A stretch of DNA of 63,978 nt, the filler included, from Conidiobolus incongruus B7586 (lineage: Eukaryota), in assembly GCA_000697335.1 (NCBI GenBank). It is 14 parts of 14 records of this genome, joined end to end, with 100 filler letters (N's around TTAATTAATTAA, not from the genome) between each part and the next. Parts side by side here need not be neighbours in the genome. Positions count along the whole stretch, not along the records: positions 52,078 to 57,465 come from JNEM01006739.1; positions 57,566 to 62,862 come from JNEM01006741.1; positions 62,963 to 63,978 come from JNEM01006796.1; 11 more parts are not named here. One strand, 5' to 3'. Position 1 is the stretch's first letter, and each line of letters starts with the position of its first letter. The translations under genes and the position numbers were made by a program. The notes under the pieces were generated by a model, which saw only the letters and a list, made by a program, of their open reading frames with translations, searched no databases and had not been told where the DNA came from. This document shows, in pieces, positions 53,958 through 63,978 of the stretch.

Positions 53958-55388
53958 ATGAGTGTACAATATAGTAGTGAAGAATACGCCAAAATTGGTA
54001 CCATTTTAAAACAGTCCGGAAATGAATTCAATAATTCCAATAATGTACAATACGAATTAATTGATATTATCGGTAGGGGATCGTGTGGTGCCGTTTATAT
54101 GGCTCAAATGAAATCCCCTCCATATACCAATTACGCCGTGAAAACCTTGACCAAAAATTCAATGAAGCAACAAAGATGTGAGGAGATAGCTTTACATCAT
54201 CAGTTGGGGAGTCATCCAAGTATTGTCAAACTGGAATTCGTTATCGAGACAGATGATTTGATTTATGTTGGACTAGAATACTGCGAAGGGGGCGATCTTT
54301 ACGACGCAATTACATTAGGTAATATAACCAACTGCAGCGAAGAAGAATTGGAATTTGATATGACATCATTAAACGATGCCGAATCTCAAAAACTTATTCA
54401 ATCTATCACTAGACCTTCGAATGCTATTCAAAGAAGTTATTTCAAAAATAATCGTAATGAATTAGTCCGAATTGTATTTTTAGATATTTTGTATGCTGTA
54501 GAATATTGTCACTCTAAAGGAATATATCACAGAGATTTGAAACCTGAGAATATTTTGTTGAATAGCGCTGGTCAGATAAAATTGGCAGACTTTGGTTTGG
54601 CGACAAGATCGGTGTGGTCCAAGGAATATGGTTGCGGTAGTTGTTTTTACATGAGTCCGGAGGCTCATAAACCCAAGTCCAATGCTCCCCACAGATCCCA
54701 AGGTAATAAAGGAGGAGCTCCTCAGCATTTGCCTTATTGCACATCGGCTGCCGATATTTGGAGTTTGGGAGTAATCTTTTTGAATTTATGCTTCGGTCGC
54801 AATCCTTGGAAACGAGCCTCCGCGGAAGATCCCGCCTTCTTGGAATATATTTTCAATCCTTGTCTCCTTGCAGAAATGTTCCCCCTAAGTGAGCATGGTC
54901 ACCATCTCGTCACGAGGATGCTATGTATCAATCCCAACAAACGTATTGGCCTCAAAGAGTTGATCGAATTGGTCAAAACTAGTCCAGGATTTATCAGGAC
55001 GCGGAAAGCTCGTAGAACTTCCCACGCACAGAGAGTGAAATCTCCAGCACCCAAACCCGCTATAAACCGAGTGCAATTCAACGAAAGGGATGAGCTCAAG
55101 GCCCAGCATCACCAACAACTTGACATTCCGCTGGACACACCCAATCGATGCAATTCGAAGTCATCAGATATGGCACATGATAATGAGAGTCACTCGATGG
55201 AATCGATGGATTCTGGTATTATGGAAGTGGAAGAAGTGGTCCCAACAACTTTCGCTGACGAAGCACCCAAACTTGCTCCTCTGCCACCTCTTGAACCCCT
55301 CCTACCGGAATTTCCATTCGACGCTCGACGCGAATCTATCAGTACTAATTTTAATCATCTTTCGTTGAATTCTCCAATGAATGAATGA
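53958..55388 (+). CDS. Ser/Thr protein kinase, Ran1/Pat1 (Sks1/Vhs1-like) family, 476 aa
   Basis: GRGSCG, YAVK, HRDLKPEN, DFG, GCGSCFYMSPE and DIWSLGVIFLNLCFGRNPWKRA, the last two typical of Ran1-like kinases. Insert after LYDAI and a disordered C-terminal tail. Confidence 0.92.
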   Translation: MSVQYSSEEYAKIGTILKQSGNEFNNSNNVQYELIDIIGRGSCGAVYMAQMKSPPYTNYAVKTLTKNSMKQQRCEEIALHHQLGSHPSIVKLEFVIETDDLIYVGLEYCEGGDLYDAITLGNITNCSEEELEFDMTSLNDAESQKLIQSITRPSNAIQRSYFKNNRNELVRIVFLDILYAVEYCHSKGIYHRDLKPENILLNSAGQIKLADFGLATRSVWSKEYGCGSCFYMSPEAHKPKSNAPHRSQGNKGGAPQHLPYCTSAADIWSLGVIFLNLCFGRNPWKRASAEDPAFLEYIFNPCLLAEMFPLSEHGHHLVTRMLCINPNKRIGLKELIELVKTSPGFIRTRKARRTSHAQRVKSPAPKPAINRVQFNERDELKAQHHQQLDIPLDTPNRCNSKSSDMAHDNESHSMESMDSGIMEVEEVVPTTFADEAPKLAPLPPLEPLLPEFPFDARRESISTNFNHLSLNSPMNE

Positions 55389-58300
55389 ATTCATATTGTA
55401 TGATTTTGTATAAAATATCAATTTAATTTAGTTTTTAATTCAATAATAAAATTCATTGATTGTTGCATTTTAAACAATTATATTAAAATTTTAATATAAT
55501 ATTAGATAATATATTTTATTATTTTTTTATTAGTAAAATAAATAATAAACAATATTAAATTCAAATTAATATTATATTTAATATATATTTTAATAATTGA
55601 TTATTTGAACCATGATTACATAATGAAATCATCAATTTCTATGATATAATTTAAGTTTTCAAATTCAATCTAAAATTATCAAAATTAATAAAAAAAATTA
55701 ATTAATTGTAATAGTTTTTAAATTAGTGAAATAATAATCATAGTGATAAGGATTGGACAAGTTGTAAATACAATAGTATAATGAAATTTTTAGATTGTTA
55801 TAATCCTAACATAAATTAATTATTGTATAATATTTAATATTAATTTTATCAATTTACAATTAAATTGTTTAGATTGAAATCTATTAAGTTTTGATTAACC
55901 TTGATCCTTGATTAACTTAGCCACAAAAGTTTGAATTTTTAATTGATTGATTATAAAATATGGCATTATTTTTATTATATTAATTATATTTTCATTTCTC
56001 GAAAGGCTTTGATAAGGTTTATTAAAATATTATATTGAAAACTCTTGTGTATAATATTTAACAGTATTTGGATTTGTTTTTCATTTTTATTTATTAATCA
56101 GCTGAAAAAATAATATTGAGTATTACAATATGAAAAATTAATAAATTATCAACTAGTATTAATATAACTCATATTTTTATTAAAGATTATAAATCAATAA
56201 ATAATATGGCAAAATTATATTAAAATCAATTGAAACAACTTATACTGAATGTAGATGTTCTACCTTGATAAATATTAATAATAGAGTGAAATCCGTAGAA
56301 TGTGATTAGTAGATGTTCATCTATCAACAATTTTAATAATATAACATAATTCAGAAAATAAATTAATATAGTACTAATTTTATATTTTTAATACGAATTA
56401 AATTTCATATATTTTTTATGTACTAATCATATATATCATACATTATAAAGATTGGCTGACTAGCAAATTATTTTATTAGGTAAAAAAGTGAAGGTGTCCA
56501 ATTTCAATAACAAATATCACCTATCATTTGATTAAATCATAACCAATCAGTTTTCCTCATGATGCAAAATATTTAACACTATTTTTATATTAGCCTAAAA
56601 TTACAAATACACTAAATATCATTAAATTGTCGTCGTTTTAATCAAAATATATAATAAATTAATATAATTAGTTGTAAATCAAATTTATAATTCATTTTCA
56701 TTAATAGGTTAGAAAACTAATATATACTAATAATATAGTTCATTATTTTAATAAATTAACTTTAATTTTACAATCTTGTTTTAATCTCAATATTTTAATC
56801 TTTTTCCTAGCAAATCATTTTATATATTAAAATAATTTAATAATTTGCAAAATTATATCTTAATATTAATTAAAATTCAAATTAATTGCATCAATTAGAT
56901 GTTATATAAAATACATTATAGACATTTTTTTAAATAATATTAAAATAATATCATATATAATAATCTTATATTTTGACTATATAGTTCTCATTTGACAATC
57001 CGTATATCAAATTATATAATATTTATCCATTACTGTTTTTATTATTTTATCAAATGACAGTTATATTTATATTATATACTATTTTAGAGAATAAACAATG
57101 ATATAATTTTAATTTCAAAATTATAATTTTTAATAAATAATGTATATAGACAATGAATATACACTAATACTATAATTTATAATTAGTAGTTTTTTGCTAT
57201 AATTTTGATAATTTCCAATAATTAAAAAACTATTTTTATTATCAAATATCAATATTTAATATTTTTTAAAATGTTCAAATTAAATAATAAGATTTTTTAT
57301 AATAAATATATTATTTGATTACTAAAAAATATATAATAATATATGATATGATGTAGTAAATATATAAGATATATTAGCCTTTTTTAAATTTATATATAAA
57401 TTTTTTTATAATTTTATATTTATATATTTTCAAAATTATTATATAATATAAAAAATATTGCTATTNNNNNNNNNNNNNNNNNNNNNNNNNNNNNNNNNNN
57501 NNNNNNNNNTTAATTAATTAANNNNNNNNNNNNNNNNNNNNNNNNNNNNNNNNNNNNNNNNNNNNTTAAAATATATTAATATATAATAAATTAATTAATT
57601 TATTTATTAAAAATCAAGTTTCAGTTCTCAATAATAGGATTTGTTTTATAATTATTAAAATTTTACTAAAAATAAGATAAAAAACTATTTATAATAAAGG
57701 AATATTCATTCTAATCCATATATTTATTCTAATTAAAAATATATTTCAAATTAAATTCAATTTCAAACGTCTTATTATTAAAAATATAGTGATAAAATAT
57801 TGATTTCAAAAGAATCAATTATATTAATTTTAACAATTATTGAAAAATAGTTAATATATAGAAAAATAATTGTTCAAATTATGAATATTAATATTATAAT
57901 GTATAAAATAATATACTATATATTTATACTAAAAATATCGAAAAATAAATCCTTTATTTTTATATTGGTTTTTCAAAATATATAAAACCTTCCTGTTAAA
58001 TATTTAAATATGAATTAGATAATCTTAACTAACTAAACAATAATTATTTATAAAAATAAGGATAGTTTCCAATTTAATATAGAAATTACTCAAAATTGTT
58101 CATAAATTTTTATTTTAAATAGTATCTATATAAACTTAATCATTAAAAATATAATGAACCTTTTGTACCTTGTTTGATAAAATATAGATTTATCCCAGAT
58201 TGAAATATAAAAAAATAGACTTATTCTCAATAATTCAAACTTTTAATTTATATAAAAATTCTTAATTAAATCTAGATATAGAATAAGTACTAAATAAAGT

Positions 58301-58975
58301 TAAGAAAAACATTTGTATCTTGTATTTGAAATCCTAAACACATCATTTCATTTATAAAATTATTAATTTATTACTTTGGCTATAATATAATATCAAATTT
58401 TTATATTATTTGTTAAATTTTGTTTCAAAAACAATTTAAAAAAAATAATTTGATATTTTCAATATTAACTATGTTTAAATAAAATATTAAATTATGAATT
58501 TTATAATTTTAAAATAATTATATTAACTATATTATAAAATTGAATATAATTTTTTAGATTATTATATATTTTAAATATAGTTATAAACTAATCATTTTCA
58601 AAACCCCTTACAACGATATTTAATTTTGAAACAAGTGATATTCTTAATTTGTGGTTCTTAATCAAATCCCTAGGAATTGATTAAATTTTGAATCTATTAT
58701 TCCACAATTGCAACTCAGTGAATATCTCAAGTTTACTGATTAGGATACAATTCCGTGGAGGATTCATTCATTCACTATTCCTAACCTTTTAATTCTGTAT
58801 TAATCCCCCCTTTTTTAAACTATAAGCTTGAAAATTGTTTGCAAAGTTTTTCAAGTCATAGTTTTAAATAATTTTTGGGATTTGGAAACTGTATAAAAGT
58901 TGGGTCTTTCGTTTCATGGTCTTTGATCAATTTTAATCAATTTTCAGTGGTTGTAAAGTGATAGATGTGGCACTG

Positions 58976-60418
58976 ATGTTTAAGACAGCTAATAGTTCAG
59001 AGGTTGTGATTGAAGAGACTTTGGGTCATCATCAAGTCAATACTGCAAAAATCACTTGGCCAATTTTGAGGAAGTATATGATCGATGGCGCGGGTTATTT
59101 TATAGATTGTTACGATAGTTTTATGCTCGCTTTTTTCGTGCTCTTTGTGTCTTTGGTATATTTTGATGGCAACATCCCTTATATTTATGATATTTTACTA
59201 AAGGTAGCTGGTCCTATAGGTTGCTTGGTAGCACAATGGATGAGTTATATGTTTGCTAATAAAATCACCCAACCTGTTAAGAATGCTGGACTTTTAACTG
59301 TGCTAGCAAGTAGCCTTGGACTGGCATTAACTGGTAGGGGACGCGGTGTGGATTTCATTGCAGCTATGGTATTCTGGCGTTTTGCTATAGGATTTGGGTT
59401 TGCTCTTGAAAACCCTTTTAAAGCTATTGTAGAATCGCCATTAGCTGCTACTGCTACTCCAAAGTTAATTATGAAAGCTATTTTTGTTCCTTTCACTCTC
59501 GCTATCATCATTGGCTCGGTGCTTAGTTTGGTAGTTGCTGGTGCTCTTAGATATGTTCCAAAAGATAATACAGATCTTTTGGATTTTGGTTGGAGAATTT
59601 ATGAAGCTGCTGTATTTATCCCCACAGCTATCACTCTTTATTATAGAATGACAAAACGTAAACATCCTGAACTTAGGTCAGATGCCGAAAAATTGGTCTC
59701 TAGTCACATATTAAGTGAACCTCTCGCATCTGGAGAACTAGTATCAATCACTTGGTCTGATTCCATTTCCCATTTTTCTAAATTTAATAACTTAAAAATT
59801 CTACTTGGAGGCATGTACACCATGTTTGCTACCAATCTCATTTACTGGGGTTATAATCTGAATCTGGGTGTCATTTTCACACCCGTTGGATTCCTTGATA
59901 CTTCCACTCCCGCTACTACTAATTTTACTATTACTGGTGGTGTAGTCATTGTCTCCGTTGGTATCCTTCCCGGTTACCTTGTAGCCACCCTTCTCATTGA
60001 AAGGATCGGGCGCAAGTACTTGCAATTAATCGCTTTCGCAGGTATGACCATCATGTACAGTGTCCTCGGGTTCGCATTCCACCAGGTCAAGGATGTATCT
60101 CCCCATCTTTACGTGTGGCTCATGGCCCTATCCAATGCATTTGTCCAATTAGGACCCAATGGCACATCCATACCCCAATTCAATCCCACTATTATCACAC
60201 CATCGTCTGAGCCATCCCCCAACGGCTACTACGGAGCCATGAGAAACTTGGGCTTCGTAGCATCGCAATTTTTATTCATCTACTGCAAGAATATTGGTGG
60301 TTCCAGCGCCTTTGTCCCATATCTCTACCAAATTTATGCGCTTGTCTCCATTGTAGCACTCTTAGTTACTGCGATCTTACCCAATCCTCAACCCTATGAA
60401 AAATATGCAAACCAGTGA
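58976..60418 (+). CDS. MFS transporter, divergent Pho84/PHT1 phosphate:H+ symporter family member
   Basis: About 12 TM. GAGYFIDCYDSF, FWRF, KILLG, PGY..IERIGRKYLQL and GPN align with Pho84. First ATG is at 58976 (the ORF track starts at GTG 58958). Confidence 0.85.
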   Translation: MFKTANSSEVVIEETLGHHQVNTAKITWPILRKYMIDGAGYFIDCYDSFMLAFFVLFVSLVYFDGNIPYIYDILLKVAGPIGCLVAQWMSYMFANKITQPVKNAGLLTVLASSLGLALTGRGRGVDFIAAMVFWRFAIGFGFALENPFKAIVESPLAATATPKLIMKAIFVPFTLAIIIGSVLSLVVAGALRYVPKDNTDLLDFGWRIYEAAVFIPTAITLYYRMTKRKHPELRSDAEKLVSSHILSEPLASGELVSITWSDSISHFSKFNNLKILLGGMYTMFATNLIYWGYNLNLGVIFTPVGFLDTSTPATTNFTITGGVVIVSVGILPGYLVATLLIERIGRKYLQLIAFAGMTIMYSVLGFAFHQVKDVSPHLYVWLMALSNAFVQLGPNGTSIPQFNPTIITPSSEPSPNGYYGAMRNLGFVASQFLFIYCKNIGGSSAFVPYLYQIYALVSIVALLVTAILPNPQPYEKYANQ

Positions 60419-62425
60419 TTCATATTGAAACGTCATCTGTATTTAATTATTATCATTAACGAACCAATTCAAAAATTTATATATATACATTGAATGTATA
60501 AATTTCTAAAATTTATTTCATAAAATTTTAAAACTATACCAATTTTGTTACTTTTATTACTTCCATTGGTGTGTTTACTATGATTTTGGTTTAGTCGATG
60601 ACCTTCACAAGTCGAATGACTTTGAATATTAAGAAAGATGACAAATTCTTGATTGCTGTTAATATAACTAAATATTGTACTTAATGATTTGAACATTTGA
60701 CATATCTTCAAAATCTATTCAACCCACTATCAATAGATTTTTATTGATTTTTGCGCCAAATTTTTTACAAGTTCCATTATAAAGAAATTTGTGTAATTGA
60801 TAATTAAATAATTTTAGAACTTAAATTCCAATTGTTTACAATTTTAATTCAATATTACTTGAATTAGAATTCAAATAAATATCACTAAAGTCTCTAATTA
60901 GTTTGAGGAAAATTTGAATTAGGATGTTTTTTAAAGGTGGAATAAATAGGTTAATATAATAGAAATTTTCAAATAACAACATTTATCATGAATTTTGAAA
61001 AACATTAACTTAATTATATATTTGTATATTTAATATTGCAATATTGATGATTGACTTTAATTAGTTAAATGATATTTTTAATAATGGATTATTTATATAT
61101 TACTAAGTGTTAAAATAGGATTCATATTATCTGTTATTATTGGTCAATTGTCAAATATTGAGATTTGTTATATACTTGGGTTATAAAGTTTGATTATAAT
61201 ATTTCTATTCGATATTCATCTATAATGAAATTTTCAAAATTTATCACAAAAACGCCAAATTTTTCATAAATTATAAAGACTATTATGTTCTTTGTTAGAT
61301 TAGATTTATCATTCCTTTATAATTATTAATGGTCACAATTATTGGGATATGAATAAAAATCCAATAGGACTTATAAATAAAGCTTCATAGTTCTTTTTAT
61401 AAATAGCATATATTGATTACTATTACTTGTTTCTTTATGTCAAAAATTATTTAAGGCTGCAAATTGAACTATTATGATGATGGTTTCTACCATTTGAATG
61501 CACTCTATTTAAATTTTTTTCAATGTATTACGAGAAAATAATTAAAGATAGTATGATATAATATATTTCAGATCACTCATTATAATATTAACCTGAAATT
61601 TAGATATATATAAATATCTTTGGATTAAATTCAAATTATTTTAGAATTTATCTTTTAAAAATGCCACTTTCAAATTTTCACAAGTAGTATAGCTCAAACC
61701 GAAATAATTAGGAAATGGATACTATCTACACAAGTCTAATATGATATCAAACTACAGCCGAAATCTGAAATTAGGGACATAAATATTGATATCCATTCAA
61801 CCCAAATGAATCGATGATCAATTAAATATTTATTTCATCAAACATAGAGCTCATTAACGCGATTCATTATGCAGCATTTTTAACTTTTAAATGTAGTGCA
61901 GATATTAGTTGAGAAGATTTGAAATTCTTTAATTGTTTTATTTTAATAAAATGAGATCTTGGTATTGAAAATGCTGAGATTTTTCAAATTAATGATATTA
62001 ATAAAATTATCGTTGCTATGCTTAGATGAAATTTGATAATCAACTTCAATTGTGTCATTGACAAAATCAAACATACAACATATATATTAAAATAATTGGA
62101 ATTGAATTTCAACAAAGATAATGATAATTATAATTATAATAATATTATTAGTTAAAGCTTATGTGTGAACCCATTTAATAATATGTTAGATATTTGATTT
62201 AAAAATATATTGCTTTCAAATAATTAATAGGATTAATTAATAAATAGAATAATTTTGTATAATATCAAATATAATTAGTTTATGATTACAAAAAAAATAT
62301 ATTAATTATATCAAAAATAATGAATATGAATAATCAAAAATATATAGAAAAATTTTAAAAATCTGAAATATAATGAGAAAAAGAATTAGTAAAGTTTATA
62401 AATAGAGAGAATTAAAGTTGGAGTC

Positions 62426-62862
62426 TGTGACGATTGCTACCTAATTGATACCTTTCTTCACTCCAATTCACTATTAAGTACCTGATTAACCAAATTAGGC
62501 CTTATCAACATTTTACCAGTCCACGTCTGAGTGACCTCACTGTTACTCATCCGTGCCTACTTATGCCTATATATTTCACTTAAGTATAAGAAGGGCTCGG
62601 CTCCCTTCTTGATCTCTCTCTCTTACCTTACTTTCTTACATTAATAAACCTTTTTCCTACATCCAAAGCCAACCCTTTTGGTATACTCAAGTAACTGCTT
62701 ATAGTTCCACTTGAGTCATTTTACACTAATCCTTCTAAACCCGTTCCTATTGATATTCCTTGATTCCATCTTTTAGCATGTCGGATCCTAACGCCGCCAC
62801 TGTTGCTGCTGGTCTAGTCGCTCTGTACAAAGCCCCATTTACAAGTGATCAAGGCCGAATAG
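62426..62862 (+). mobile_element. Probable 5' LTR (~62426-62725) and start of a gag-like ORF (ATG 62778, open into the gap) of a young LTR retrotransposon
   Basis: Abrupt rise in GC. TGTGACG...TTTTACA ends, TATAAG at 62585, CT-rich tract, AATAAA at 62643, then MSDPNAATVAAGLVALYKAPFTSDQGRI. No primer-binding site identified. Confidence 0.5.
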
Positions 62863-62962
62863 NNNNNNNNNNNNNNNNNNNNNNNNNNNNNNNNNNNNNN
62901 NNNNNNTTAATTAATTAANNNNNNNNNNNNNNNNNNNNNNNNNNNNNNNNNNNNNNNNNNNN

Positions 62963-63978
62963 AGATAAGGATATTAAAAGTAATATTAAAAAACAACTAA
63001 ATTAAAACTTAAATATATTAAAATTATAGATAAGTATAATTCAAAGTATATTTATAGATTAATAAATATAAGTAAATATAATATCATTATAAAAGTATAA
63101 TTAGAATTATAAGGCTATATAAGACTATTAATTAGTATTAATACTATTATATATATTTTACATTAGAATAAATATTATTTATTTCTTAAAAAAACATACA
63201 TAATTAAAAAAATCTTATTATAAAGTTAGGTGGGAATTTAAATATCAATATTAAAGTTAAATTAAAATTAACTAAAGTAAGGTTATTTAATCTAATAATA
63301 TAAAGATATATTTTAATAAATTTTATAAAAAAGTTAAATATTTCAAAAAAAAATAAAAAATTATTTTATAACTATTATATTATTATAATCTAAAAATATA
63401 AAAATAAGTTAATTATAATTTAAGGATATATATTATCTTTAGATGTAAAATATCTTTATAAGGTTAATAAGATAATTAATGCTAAAATATACTAAAGTAT
63501 TTTAAATAATAAATTGAAAAAAACTATTAAGTAATTCAAGTTAAATAAATCAAATATTATTTTTTAACAAGATAATACCCTTTGTTATATTATAAATTTT
63601 ATTATTAAATGGCTTTAAATTAATAAAATAATTATTATAAAATAACCTCCTTAATCTTTTAATCTTAACTTAATTAAATATTTTTAGAATTAATTTAATA
63701 AAATTAATTAAAGCTTTCCCCCTAATAAAAAATTTAAATCAACTTTAAGAATATATTCAATAAGCATAGAATAATATTATTTTACTTAATATAAGAAGTT
63801 ACTTGATATTATACCTTATAAACTTAAAAAATTAGAAAAGAAAAAGATAAATATATTAGATATTAATTTTTTTTATTAATACTAAAACTTACAAATTTAT
63901 AACTTAATATAAATATATTTTTAGTTTTAATATATCAATTAATAATTATTTAAATTTAACTTTATATATTATATTATA
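62963..63978 (+). mobile_element. Heavily mutated Tc1 copy, truncated by the gap and the window end
   Basis: Colinear with the transposase region of the other copies and with the right inverted repeat of the 3615-5880 copy. Confidence 0.85.

Overview
A very AT-rich eukaryotic draft scaffold. It consists of 14 contigs joined by 13 artificial 100-bp linkers (N44-TTAATTAATTAA-N44). Gene content and 52-72 nt GT-AG introns point to a fungus, probably early-diverging (a Conidiobolus-like Entomophthoromycotina species is my inference, not proven). I can support nine genes: TOM5 (spliced, missed by the ORF track), a six-exon Ca3427-like periplasmic-binding-protein-fold gene, a multi-pass membrane protein, two paralogous small secreted MiAMP1/beta-gamma-crystallin-like proteins, a class-A-like GPCR, an S28 serine peptidase, a Ran1/Pat1-family kinase, and a Pho84-like MFS transporter with a remodelled phosphate site. 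Most of the rest is dead mobile DNA: more than 10 copies or fragments of a ~1.58 kb IR/DR-type Tc1 (DD34E) element, three mariner (DD34D) copies and several solo LTRs. The main signal is that these repeats are destroyed mostly by C->T/G->A transitions at CpA/TpG and CpG, while single-copy genes are untouched. This is a repeat-induced point mutation (RIP)-like signature in what looks like a non-Dikarya fungus. One nested insertion suggests this mutation process creates new TA target sites for later insertions.
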